Source of the DNA: Eutreptiella sp. 'Long Island Sound 2002'
Lineage: Eukaryota; Protista; Euglenida
Direction of reading: 5' to 3'
NCBI GenBank assembly: GCA_964036045.1
Contig: OZ038379.1
Coordinates: 8,990,001-9,054,000, forward strand
Length of the DNA stretch: 64,000 nt
The notes under the pieces are model-generated. The model had not been told where the DNA came from, did not search any database, and saw only the letters and a list, made by a program, of their open reading frames with translations. Positions 21,391 through 33,838 of the stretch are shown piece by piece; the first letter of the stretch is position 1, and each line of letters begins with the position of its first letter. The position numbers and the translations under genes are program-made.

Positions 21391-24300
21391 CCGGAACCAA
21401 CCATGGCCGCCATCCGGAACCAACCATGGCCGCCCCCCGGAACCAGCCATGGCCGCCCCCCGGAACCAGCCATGGCCGCCCCCACAGAACAAGCCATGGC
21501 CGCCCCCTCGAACAAGCCATGGACGCCCCCCACAACAAGCCATGGCCACCCCCCGGAACCAGCCATGGCCGCCCCCCGGAACCAACCACGGCCGCCCTCC
21601 GGAACCAGCCATGGCTGCCCCCCGGAACCAGCCACGGCCGCCCTCCGGAACCAGCCACGGCCGCCCCCCGGAACCAGCCACGGCCATCCCCGCGGAACCA
21701 ACCATGGCCGCCCTCACGAACCAGCCATGGCCCACCCCCGGAACCAGCCATGGCCGCCCCCACGGAACCAACCATGGCCGCCCTCCCTCGGAACTAGCCA
21801 TGGCTGCCCCCCAGAACAAGCCATGGCCGCCCCCCGGAACCAACCATGGCCGCCCCCCAGAACAAGCCATGGCCGCCCCCCGGAACAAGCCATGGCCGCC
21901 CCCCGCAACCAGCCATGGCCGCCCCCCCGAACCAGCCATGGCCGCCCTCCGGAACCAACCATGGCCGCCCTCCGGAACCATGGCCGCCCTCCGGAACGAA
22001 CCATGGCCGCCCCCCGAAACCAGCCATGGCCGCCCCCCAAAAAAAGCCATGGCCGCCCCCCAAAGCAAGCCATGGCCACCCGCGGTAACCAACCATGGCT
22101 GCCCCCCGGAACAAGCCATGGCCGCGCCCCAGAACAAGCCATGGCCGCCCCCCAGAAAAAACCATGGCCGCCCCCCGGAACGAGCCATGGCCGCCGTCCA
22201 GAACCAACCATGGCCGCCGTCCGGAACAAGCCATGGCCGCCCCCCGGAACGAGCCATGGCCGCCGTCCGGAACGAACCATGGCCGCCCTCAAGAACCAGC
22301 TATGGCCGCCCCCTGTAACCAACCATGGCCGCCCTCCCTCGGAACCAGCCATGGCCGCCCCCCGTAACAAGCCATGGCCGCCCCCCAGAACAAGCCATGG
22401 CCACCCCCCCGAACCAGCCATCGCCAGCCCCCAGAACCAGCCATGGCCGCCCCCCACAACAAGCCATGGCCGCCCTCCGGAACCAGCCATGGCTGCCCCC
22501 CGGAACCGACCATGGCCGCCCCCCGGAACCAACCATGGCCGCCCCCCAGAACCAGCCATGGCCGCCCCCCGGAACAAGCCATGGCCGCCCCCCACAACAA
22601 GCCATGGCGGCCCTCCGGAACCAGCCATGGCTGCCCCCCAGAACCAAACATGGCCGCCCCCCGTAACCAACCATGGCCGCCATCCGGAACAAGCCACGGC
22701 CGCCCTCCGGAACCAGCCATGGCCGCCCCCCGGAACCAACCATGGCCGCCCCCCGGAACGAGCCATGGCCACCCCCCGTAACAAGCCATGGCCGCCCCCC
22801 ACAACAAGCCATGGCCGCCCCCAAGAACAAGCCATGGCCGCCCTCCGGAACCAGCCATGGCTGCCCTGCGGAACCAACCATGGCCGCCCCCCGGAACCAA
22901 CCATGGCCGCCCCCCAGAACCAGCCATGGCCGCCCCCCACAACAAGCCATGGCCGCCCCCCACAACAAGCCATGGCGGCCCTCCGGAACCAGCCATGGCT
23001 GCCCCCCGGAACCAACCATGGCCGCCCCCCGGAACCAACCATGGCCGCCCCCCGGAACCAGCCACGGCCGCCCTCCGGAACCAGCCATGGCCGCCCCCCG
23101 GAACCAACCATGGCCGCCCCCCGGAACGAGCCATGGCCGCCGTCCGGAACGAACCATGGCCGCCCTCCAGAACCAGCTATGGCCGCCCCCCGTAACCAAC
23201 CATGGCCGCCCCCCGGAACCAGCCATGGCCGCCCCCCAGAACAAGCCGCGGCCGCCCCCCAGATGAAGCCATGGCCGCCCCCCGGAACCAACCATGCCCG
23301 CCCTCCGGAACCAGCCATGGCCGCCCCCCGGAACCAACCATAGCCGCCCCCCGGAACGAGCCATGACCGCCCCCCGGAACCAGCCATGGCCGCGCCCCAG
23401 AACAAGCCATGGCCGCCCCCCAGAACCAACCATGGCCGCCCCCCAGAACGAGCCATGGCCGCCGTCCGGAACCAACCATGGCCGCCGTCCGGAACAAGCC
23501 ATGGCCGCCCCCCGGAACGAGCCATGGCCGCCGTCCGGAACGAACCATGGCCGCCCTCCAGAACCAAACATGGCCGCCCCCCGTAACCAACCATGGCCGC
23601 CCCCCGGAACCAGCCATGGCCGCCCCCCGTAACAAGCCATGGCCGTCCCCCAGAACAAGCCATGGCCACCCCCCGGAACCAGCCATCGCCACCCCCCAGA
23701 ACCAGCCATGGCCGCCCCCCAAAACAAGCCATGGCCGCCCCCCAGAACAAGCCATGGCCGCCCTCCGGAACCAGCCATGGCTGCCCCCCGGAACCAACCA
23801 TGGCCGCCCCCCGGAACCAACCATGGCCGCCCCCCGGAACCAGCCATGGCCGCCCCCCGGAACAAGCCATGGCCGCCCCCCACAACAAGCCTTGGCGGCC
23901 CTCCGGAACCAACCATGGCCGCCCCCCACAACAAGCCATGGCTGCCCCCCGGAACCAACCATGGCCGCCCCCCGGAACCAACCATGGCTGCCCCCCGGAA
24001 CCAGCCATCGCCACCCCCCAGAACCAGCCATGGCCGCCCCCCACAACAAGCCATGGCCGCCCCCCAGAACAAGCCATGGCCGCCCTCCGGAACCAGCCAT
24101 GGCTGCCCCCCGGAACCAACCATGGCCGCCCCCCGGAACCAACCATGGCCGCCCCCCAGAACCAGCCATGGCCGCCCCCCGGAACAAGCCATGGCCGCCC
24201 CCCACAACAAGCCTTGGCGGCCCTCCGGAACCAACCATGGCCGCCCCCCACAACAAGCCATGGCTGCCCCCCGGAACCAACCATGGCCGCCCCCCGGAAC

Positions 24301-27300
24301 CAACCATGGCCGCCCCCCGGAACCAGCCATGGCCGCCCCCCGTAACAAGCCATGGCCGCCCCCCGTAACAAGCCATGGCCGCCCCCCAGATGAAGCCATG
24401 GCCGCCCCCCGGAACCAGCCATGGCCGCCCCCCAGAACCAGCCATGGCCGCCCCCCACAACAGGCCATGGCCGCCCCCAAGAACAAGCCATGGCCGCCCT
24501 CCGGAACCAGCCATGGCTGCCCTGCGGAACCAACCATGGCCGCCCCCCGGAACCAACCATGGCCGCCCCTCGGAACCAGCCATGGCCGCCCCCCACAACA
24601 AGCCATGGCCGCCCCCCACAACAAGCCATGGCGGCCCTCCGGAACCAGCCATGGCTGCCCCCCGGAACCAACCATGGCCGCCCCCCGGAACCAACCATGG
24701 CCGCCCCCCGGAACCAGCCACGGCCGCCCCCCGGAACCAGCCATGGCCGCCCCCCGGAACCAACCATGGCCGCCCCCGGGAACGAGCCAGGGCCGCCGTC
24801 CGGAACGAACCATGGCCGCCCTCCAGAAGCAGCTGTGGCCGCCCCCCGTAACCAACCATGGCCGCCCCCCGGAACGAGCCATGGCCGCCCCCCAGAACAA
24901 GCCACGGCCGCCCCCCAGATGAAGCCATGGCCGCCCCCCGGAACCAACCATGCCCGCCCTCCGGAACCAGCCATGGCCGCCCCCCAGAACCAACCATAGC
25001 CGCCCCCCGGAACGAGCCATGGCCGCCCCCCGGAACCAGCCATGGCCGCCCTGCGGAACCAACCATGGCCGCCCCCCGGAACCAGCCATCGCCACCCCCC
25101 GGAACCAGCAATGGCCGCCCCCCGGAACAAGCCATGGCCGCCCCCCAGAACCAACCATGGCCGCCCCCCAAAGCCAACCATGGCCGCCCTCCGGCACCAA
25201 CCATGGCCGCCCCCCGGAACCAGCCATGGCCGCCCCCCAGAACAAGCCATGGCCGCCCCGCACATGAAGCCATGACCGCCCCCCGGAACCAGCCATGGCC
25301 GCCCTCCGGAACCAACCATGGCCGCGCTCCCCCGGAACCAACCATGGCCGCCCCCCGGAACCAGCCATGGCCGCCCCCCGGAACCAGCCATGGCCGCCCT
25401 CCGGAACCAACCATGGCCGCCCTCCCCCGGAACCAGCCATGGCCGCCCCCCGGAACCAGCCATGGCCGCCCCCCGGAACGAGCCATGGCCGCCCCCCGGA
25501 ACCAGCCATGGCCGCCCTCCGGAACCAACCATGGCCGCCCTCCCCCGGAACCAACCATGGCCGCCCCCCGGAACCAGCCATGGCCGCCCCCCGGAACCAG
25601 CCATGGCCGCCCTCCGGAACCAACCATGGCCGCCCTCCCCCGGAACCAGCCATGGCCGCCCCCCGGAACCAGCCATGGCCGCCCCCCGGAACGAGCCATG
25701 GCCGCCCCCCGGAACCAGCCATGGCCGCCGTCCGGAACGAACCATGGCCGCCCTCCAGAACCAGCTATGGCCGCCCCCCGTAACCAGCCATGGCCGCCCT
25801 CCAGAACCAGCCATGGCCGCCCCCCGGAACCAGCCATGGCCGCCCCCCAGATGAAGCCATGGCCGCCACCCGGAACCATCCATGGCCGCCCCCCGGAACC
25901 AACCATAGCCGCCCCCCGGAACGAGCCATGGCCGCCCCCCGGAACCAACCATGGCCGTCCTGCGGAACCAACCATGGCCGCCCCCCGGAACCAACCATGG
26001 CCGCCCCCCGGAACCAGCCATCGCCACCCCCCGGAACCAGCAATGGCCGCCCCCCGGAACAAGCCATGGCCGCCCCCCAGATGAAGCCATGGCCGCCCCC
26101 CAAAGCCAACCATGGCCACCCTCCGGAACCAACCATGGCCGCCCCCCGTAACCAACCATGGCCGCCCCCCGGAACCAGCCATGGCCGCCGTCCGGAACGA
26201 ACCATGGCCGCCCTCCAGAACCAGCCATGGCCGCCCCCCGTAACCAGCCATGGCCGCCCTCCGGAACCAACCATGGCCGCCCCCCGGAACAAGCCATGGC
26301 CGCCGTCCGGAACGAACCATGGCCGCCCTCCAGAACCAGCTATGGCCGCCCCCCGTAACCAGCCATGGCCGCCCTCCGGAACCAGCCATGGCCGCCCTCC
26401 GGAACCAGCCATGGCCGCCCCCCAGATGAAGCCATGGCCGCCCCCCGGAACCAGCCATGGCCGCCCCCCGGAACCAACCATAGCCGCCCCCCGGAACGAG
26501 CCATGGCCGCCCCCCGGAACCAACCATGGCCGCCCTGCGGAACCAACCATGGCCGCCCCCCGGAACCAACCATGGCCCCCCCCCGGAACCAGCCATCGCC
26601 ACCCCCCGGAACCAGCAATGGCCGCCCTCCAGAACAAGCCATGGCCGCCCCCCAGATGAAGCCATGGCCGCCCCCCAAAGCCAACCATGGCCACCCTCCG
26701 GAACCAACCATGGCCGCCCCCCGTAACCAACCATGGCCGCCCCCCGGAACCAGCCATGGCCGCCGTCCGGAACGAACCATGGCCGCCCTCCAGAACCAGC
26801 TATGGCCGCCCCCCGGAACAAGCCATGGCCGCCCTCCGGAACCAGCCATGGCCGCCCTCCGGAACCAGCCATGGCCGCCCCCCAGATGAAGCCATGGCCG
26901 CCCCCCGGAACCAGCCATGGCCGCCCCCCGGAACCAACCATAGCCGCCCCCCGGAACGAGCCATGGCCGCCCCCCGGAACCAACCATGGCCGCCCTGCGG
27001 AACCAACCATGGCCGCCCCCCGGAACCAACCATGGCCGCCCCCCGGAACCAGCCATCGCCACCCCCCGGAACCAGCAATGGTCGGACCCCGGAACAAGCC
27101 ATGGCCGCCCCCCAGATGAAGCCATGGCCGCCCCCCGGAACCAGCCATGGCCGCCCCCCGGAACCAACCATAGCCGCCCCCCGGAACGAGCCATGGCCGC
27201 CCCCCGGAACCAACCATGGCCGCCCTGCGGAACCAACCATGGCCGCCCCCCGGAACCAACCATGGCCGCCCCCCGGAACCAGCCATCGCCACCCCCCGGA

Positions 27301-27923
27301 ACCAGCAATGGTCGGACCCCAGAACAAGCCATGGCCGCCCCCCAGATGAAGCCATGGCCGCCCCCCAAAGCCAACCATGGCCACCCTCCGGAACCAACCA
27401 TGGCCGCCCCCCGGAACCAGCCATGGCCGCCCCCCAGAACAAGCCATGGCCGCCCCCCGAAACAAGCCATGGCCCCCCCCCGGATGAAGCCATGGCCGCC
27501 CCCCGGAACCAGCCATGGCCGCCCTCCGGAACCAACCATGGCCGCCCTCCCTCGGAACCAGCCATGGCCGCCCCCCAGAACCAGCCATGGCCGCCCCCCC
27601 AGAACAAGCCATGGCCGCCCTCCGGAACCAGCCATGGCCGCCCTCCGGAACCAACCATGGCCGCCCTCCGGAACCAACCATGGCCGCCCTCCCTCGGAAC
27701 CAGCCATGGCCGCCCCCCAGAACCAGCCATGGCCGCCCCCCCAGAACAAGCCATGGCCGCCCTCCGGAACCAGCCATGGCCGCCCCCCCGGAGCCAGCCA
27801 TGGCCGCCCTCCGGAACCAGCCATGGCCGCCCTCCGGAACCAACCATGGCCGCCCTCCGGAACCAGCCATGGCCGCCCCCCGGAACCAACCATGGCCGCC
27901 CCCACGGAACCAGCAATGGCCGC
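21391..27923. repeat. GC-rich satellite, 23-bp unit GGAACCAGCCATGGCCGCCCCCC, about 6.5 kb (roughly 280 units), with 230-bp higher-order repeats
   Basis: Unit read directly. The variant CAGATGAAG recurs at 26423, 26653, 26883, 27113 and 27343. Confidence 0.97.
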
Positions 27924-28833
27924 ACGCGACCGGCATGTTGTGGCCAAATATGGCATTGTAGACCTTCAAAAACTTGCATGGATGGTGCAACCAGCACAAT
28001 AGATCCACTGTTAGGTACAACAGAGCCGCCCAATTTTTGAGGGCCAATTATTTTCACACAACCATGCTCTCTTGAGCTGTTGGGCCTTGCCCTTGCACAT
28101 GCTTGCATTGTCCACAAAGGTCCTCATCAGTGTTGTGATCCCTCTTAACGGATGCCTCAGTCGATGACACACCATCAAAATGAAGTCTGTTGTAGGTGTG
28201 CAAGGCCATGCACACACTTATGTGCAGGCTGGGTCAATTCCGTCTGTTGACTTTGGGGGCGTTTTTGCACAGCTCGGGCACATCGCCAATTATTTTGTTT
28301 ATCCCGGGAACGCCCCTGCAAACCACCCACCGACAGAACCATCCATGATCCATTCAAAACAGCATGGGCTGCAGAATTCAGGGCCCTGGGACCCATGGCA
28401 AGCATCAGACCAAAATAAAAATCCCTGGTGTACCAGCAGGCGAAGGTCACCCCAATCCCCTAACTATAACTGCCATTGCACCCTCCACGACCGACCTAGT
28501 GGACTTAGATGAAGTGATGTTGCCATTTGTAATGTGTGTGCTCACCTCGCTAGCAACAGATGGACTGCGCCAACCCTCATTGGGTGCGTTTGAATTGTAC
28601 TCACTCACGTCTACCTTGTGACCATCATCCATATCCTGTCGCCCTTTCTAGACGTCCTGGACGGACGTATCTTCTCGTAACTGTTGGAGGGACCGCTCCA
28701 CGCCTTGTGCTGCCCCATGGTCGGCTTTCTCGTTTCCCGTCGTACCCACGTGTGACGTGTGATGGCACCCACTGGATGCTAACACTGTCCCCAACAGTTT
28801 CCAGCCCTCCTAGAGTCGCTGCCACAAATCTGT

Positions 28834-29283
28834 GTGCAACAGCTTGCCACGCAACCCCAGCCACCGATGTCTCTGCCACTTTTCACACTTTTGTGTCAGT
28901 CCCAGATACACAAGTTCAGAATCACTTACCACATGCACGGGCAGGGTCTTTTGTGTTGTAGCATATGCAGGGCAACCCTCTATTCCGCCCTGCTGATTGA
29001 CTGCTGTTCATGTGGTAGCACCGGCCGCGTTAGACTGCGGAAGTTACCATATGAAAGCCAAACTGTATCAGTGTTGCCAAATCAAGGCTCCAAGTTCCCC
29101 AAAACACAACAATTGACTCACATGTTGCCTGATGCACGTGGGGCCATTGCAAACAAACAGGCTGAGGGGTTGGATGTGGCGTATGTGGATGGGTCCAAGT
29201 CAGAAATAACCGGATTGGATCCTGTAGGGTATGCCCCTATCGTACGGGTCACTCCTAGTTCAAACACTCGTCACCCCTCTTAG
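28834..29283 (+). mobile_element. Possible retroelement relic with RNase H-like motif
   Basis: LDVAYVDGSKSEITG (about 29176-29215) resembles the first catalytic strand (hYxDGS) of retroelement RNase H. The surroundings are degenerate, and this is a single motif only. Confidence 0.35.
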
Positions 29284-30507
29284 AAAAGCTGGAGGTTCTT
29301 ACAAACATGCATCGCCTCGGCACGATACAAAGATGTTTCCACTGTGGCCCGCCACTGCAATTCTCAAGCCCACAATGCTACAAATGAGCGGGGGGGGGGG
29401 GGGGCTCTGCAACCGGCACTGGTTGCGGTTGGAAATTCATCACTAAAGTGAAGTCCATCCTGTGTGTGGGGGGCAATTGCTCAGGTGCCCACACCTCCCC
29501 CAACACCGCCCCCTCCCTATCGCATAGGCGGGTGGTCTCCCTGATCGTCAGACCCACCATCCCCCAATCCTCTCTTGCAACCAAATGACGATGCAGTTAG
29601 GGCAGTGCCGCTTGGTCCGCCAATTAAGGTGTTCCACCAACTCCGCCTCCCACGGGGGAGGCCACTCCTCAGGTCTGGACGCCAACAACCCCCCCCCCCC
29701 CCCCCCACTAACCGTTTGCTGGACGACCCTTGGGGGGGGAGGGTGCCGGGAGGGGCGATGGGGGGGGGGGGTCTGGGGGGCTTTTGTGGGGGGGCACCTC
29801 CGAACAGATGGGTATGCGGCCCAAGTGCGATCCAATGGTTCACACCGCCCCTGGGGGGGATCAATGGTCGGTATCGATCGACTGAATGTCCCCGCCATAG
29901 ACACTTCCAGCCATTAGCCCTCATGCCATCCCCACACGTAGAAGGACCAACAATGGTGGCAGGTGCATGCTCACCACTGGATCGGATGTACGAGACACCC
30001 AAGCTAGCGATAGCACCTTTATTCATGGCTGGAAACCACAACAAAGCAGAGAGGGAGTGTTTGCCCTGTGCGTGCATTTATGATGACTTTCCTGGGTTGA
30101 GTCCCAAGTTCACCATCACTTGTGAAGCCCCCGAGCAGACCAACAGATGCCTCTTGCCCACCAAATGAAGCAACAAATCATTCGTGCACAACATTGAACT
30201 AGAAAGGCATATCCGAATCACCTTCACAACTTTGTTCCACCAAATTTGTTCACTCAAATTGAACAAGCAAGACTGTTCAATAAACAGTCTTGTCCCCGCA
30301 AGTGTGCGGGTCAATACATTCTGCACAATAATTCAAATTACATTCACCACATTCCGTTGTAGTGTGCTTCTGATAGCACAATGCACATTTATCAACCTCA
30401 TCCCCAACATCATCTTGCGTAGCCAGGACGTTTTTTAATTGAGAAAAAAAAAAAAAGCAGGAGCGTCTGGTTACCAGCCATTTTTACATAGTGGGCACTG
30501 TAGTTGT

Positions 30508-30724
30508 TATTTCTTGGTGGCCTCTGGATGGTTGCTGTTCTTTCCTGGTGGCCTCTGGATGGTTGCTGTTCTTTCCTGGTGGCCTCTGGATGGTTGCTGT
30601 TCTTTCCTGGTGGCCTCTGGATGGTTGCTGTTATTTCCTGGTGGCCCCTGGATGGTTGCTGTTATTTCCTGGTGGCCTCTGGATGGTTGCTGTTGTTTCC
30701 TGGTAGCCTCTGGATGGTTGCTGT
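30508..30724. repeat. 31-bp minisatellite, about 7 copies (TTTCCTGGTGGCCTCTGGATGGTTGCTGTTC)
   Basis: Direct periodicity. Related degenerate units occur at about 43790-43880 and about 35270-35500. Confidence 0.92.
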
Positions 30725-30763
30725 AATCTGTACTAAGCAATCTGCAAGCATTGAAACTCAGAT

Positions 30764-31490
30764 TCACATAAACCATTCACTGTGGTCACTGTGGATGGTA
30801 CGCTGCGCAATCGCCTTGCGGACAGCACTGTCCACACCATACTGAAAATTCAAATACGTTGACACCCTCACAGGCTCAGGTTGCATGGGTGGGGTTGCAA
30901 CAGGTTCCACAGGGGTAAGACACACAGGGAAATCGGGTATATCCTCCTCTACGTCAGAGTCAGGATCCCCTTCAACACCATATATGGCCTGAATTTCCGG
31001 TACACTGGCTGTACATGCTGTTTTGCCCTTGCTTGCCCTACGCGGGACGGCCCACAAACGTCTAATTTCTTCATCCAAATCCAGGTCCATGGGCAAAACT
31101 GACTGAACCTCAAGATCTTTATAAGCTTCAAAAAGTAACAGGGAACCATCATCCACCTGCACCTGTGACTTGGACGGTTGTTTGAGGATCCTTGGTCGAA
31201 ACTGTGTCAATCGCAACTCGTCAAACACCTCGGTCGGACACCAGTCTTCTACTTCAACACCATTGCAACGCACCCACAATGTTTCACACATGCGTTCCGT
31301 TGTTTGTCCACGGTCACATGCTGTCACGTAACTGAAGACGCGCTCACAGGAGCATGAAGATGCCTCCACCCATTCTTCCACACCCTCTGCCTGGACCCAC
31401 TCTCCCTCTGAAAACCGCTTTTCAAGGTCTGCTTCCCCTTTTGACTTTTGGTCGTAGCCTTTGTTTTCACCATGGAAATAAACAAAGAAA
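30764..31490 (-). CDS. Hypothetical acidic protein fragment (possible exon or pseudogene)
   Basis: Open frame of more than 230 codons with protein-like composition; an overlapping frame starts MVKTKATTKSQKGK. No homology recognised. Confidence 0.3.
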
Positions 31491-32366
31491 ATGCACTGCA
31501 CCAGAAATGAGGTGAAATGCGGGGCAAGGCAAAAAGGAAAAGAGAGGGAAGCAAACACGCATCCAGTTTTTCTGGGATGCTGCAGCTAAAGTGCGCGCGC
31601 TACAAGCATCAGTACCATCGTCACCGTTCAATGCCATACAGAAATTTCAAATAGTTCCCACAGTCCAGCCCTGTACAATTCCCCCCCCCCCCCGGCCTCA
31701 ACACCAACCGCAGGGATTGCGATGTCGTAAGCAGAAAATTGCAAAAAATTGCGGACCTCAATCCCCCCCCCCCCTGCAAGCAGGCACACAAAGCATATCT
31801 GGCAATCTCAGCAAAATCGGAGGACATTGATGTGCACAGGGGAGCATACCTGTGAGGAAAGAAAAGGCAAATGGGGGAGAGGGTGGGGGCATAGCAAAGG
31901 TCAGCTCACTGGGTGCACCAGGCACAAACAGTGAACCGTACGAGACAAAGTTTTTCTACTACGCCAAGACCACGTTTTTTAACTAAAAAAAAAAAAAAAA
32001 AATCTTGTCTGCTAAAAAACGTCCTGTGCGTAGCATCGTCAACGGTTGCTTCAATGCTCTTCCAAACATGAGGGGGAACATGTTCCCATGGTGCATACGG
32101 AGGGTAACAGACCTACCTCCGGATGCCAAATTGGGTAAAGTGTCAAAAAATGCGCACTGATTGATGCAACTCGTTGGGACCACCACACCACAGGTTCCGA
32201 ATTAAGCCCCAATGCCACAAATGAGCAAACATTTGCCCAATTCGGGCCCTGCACCATCCATGCATATCATTACATGACTGATGTCGTGCCGATAGAGCCA
32301 TCCCATATCAATACATCGGCGGAGGTGGCATAAGCCAAAGGACAAGTCCATACAATATTGCTCATA

Positions 32367-32711
32367 CAATATGGCTACATCACCCCTGCCTTCTCGGGGT
32401 CTCCATAGTGGGGAGAAATCAATATGGCTACATGAACCCTACCTTCTTAGGTCCTCAGAGTAGGGAGAAATCAATATGGCTACCCCCCTGGGGGGGTACA
32501 TCAACCCTGCCTTTTGGGGGTCCCCATAGTGGGGAGAAATCAATATGGCTACATCACCCCTGCCTTCTTGGGGTCCCCATGGTGGGGAGAGATCAATATG
32601 GCTACATCACCCTTGCCTTCTTGGGTCCCCATGGTGGGGGGACATCAATATGGCTACATCACCCCTACCTTCTTGGGGCCCTAAAGTGGGGAGAAATTAA
32701 TATGGCTACAT
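32367..32711. repeat. About 53-bp minisatellite, about 7 copies (CAATATGGCTACATCACCCCTGCCTTCTTGGGGTCCCCATGGTGGGGAGAAAT)
   Basis: CAATATGGCTAC at about 32367, 32420, 32472, 32541, 32594, 32646 and 32698. Confidence 0.92.
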
Positions 32712-32928
32712 AGCCCACGCAAAAAGCCCACCCACTCACCCATCCGACACCAGAAGCAGGGTTGGGAATCGAAAATAGCCCAAAAAGTTGCCCTCCACGC
32801 GCCCTGCGCACTAACACTCCCTCAGATAGCATTGGGTTGCACTACCAATCAGAATGTTGTTGTGAGCAAGAGGAACCATCACAAACATGGGGGGAATCCT
32901 TGCACTGCGCGCGCACTGCGCGCTACTT

Positions 32929-33264
32929 TTAGACTATGTTCCCCCCGAAGAGCCCATAGGCACGCCCCTTTGAAACACCCTTGGAATTAGGCGACCCAAA
33001 CTGGACTGGAGAGGACCTTGGGAAAAACCTTCCCGGTTCTTGTGGCAGTGGTGAAGGCCCAGGGGCCTTTGGGGGGACTTGACTGTGTATGTGGATGGCA
33101 AAGGAGATGGACTCCATCTTGCATCGCCGATTCACCACTCTCAACCCATCTTGGTAGTATTCCAAGTGGAGGAGTCCGTCTTCAACCGTCCCAACCACCG
33201 TGGCAGGAGGTCGCAGGCGATTGGAGCGGGTGTAGAACACCCTATCCCCAATACTGAGATCCAT
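32929..33264 (-). CDS. Small ORF (111 aa) with SH3/Tudor-like beta-barrel pattern; uninterrupted copy of the dispersed repeat at 4083-4302
   Basis: MDLSIGDRVFYTRSNRLRPPATVVGTVEDGLLHLEYYQDGLRVVNRRC, preceded by pyrimidine-rich TTTCTCAG. The fold call is pattern-based inference. Confidence 0.4.
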   Translation of the reverse strand: MDLSIGDRVFYTRSNRLRPPATVVGTVEDGLLHLEYYQDGLRVVNRRCKMESISFAIHIHSQVPPKAPGPSPLPQEPGRFFPRSSPVQFGSPNSKGVSKGRAYGLFGGNIV

Positions 33265-33727
33265 GGAGAAAGTGGGCCTGAGAAATGAGGAGGGAAGTAT
33301 GATGTCCCGTAGCAGGCACCCTCAAAGTGTATCACCATGTCAATCAACCGAGAAAAAGAGTAGATGCGGTGGAAATGGGGGGAAAATGTGTGCAAAAAAG
33401 TAGAAATGGGTGAAACAGGGTGAACATCCAAAAATGCCAGATCCCCAATGCATCAAAACCTACCATCAAACAACAATGATGCCCAAAGTACCACAAAGTA
33501 TGGGTTTCTACTCCAGCCAAACGCCCAAATACACGCACTGCGCGCGCGCGCACTGCACGCACACTGCGCTTAAGGCGCCCCCATGACCCAGCCCCTCTTT
33601 CCCTCTACAATCAGCACACAATCACCAAGCGTTACATTTCTTACCATAAAATCCATGGTCAGAAAAAACTATCAAAGCAACAGTCACACGGGGTCTTCGT
33701 GCTTGGACAAGCCCGTGCTTGGACAAC

Positions 33728-33838
33728 GGGGGGGGGGGGTGGCACAAGGCCTCGGTAATAGGCTGTTTGCCTTCGGCAGCGCCTATTGGCCTCTCGCCAC
33801 TGCTCATTCTGACCCCTGTGGGTCCGAACGTGTTTCGG
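33728..33838. repeat. Dispersed repeat family A, truncated copy (G-run + TGGCACAAGGCCTCGGT...)
   Basis: Matches the first about 110 bp of 41343-41633. Confidence 0.85.

Noticed and set aside
21391-27923. CRISPR-like array (short repeat with palindromic core)
   Set aside because: Units are contiguous with no unique spacers, there are no cas genes, and the context is eukaryotic.
21286-28117. Very long ORFs (up to 1646 aa) on both strands
   Set aside because: They arise from the 23-bp satellite, whose consensus has no stop codon in any frame; three units give the apparent 23-aa repeat. All frames are open at once, so there is no evidence of coding.
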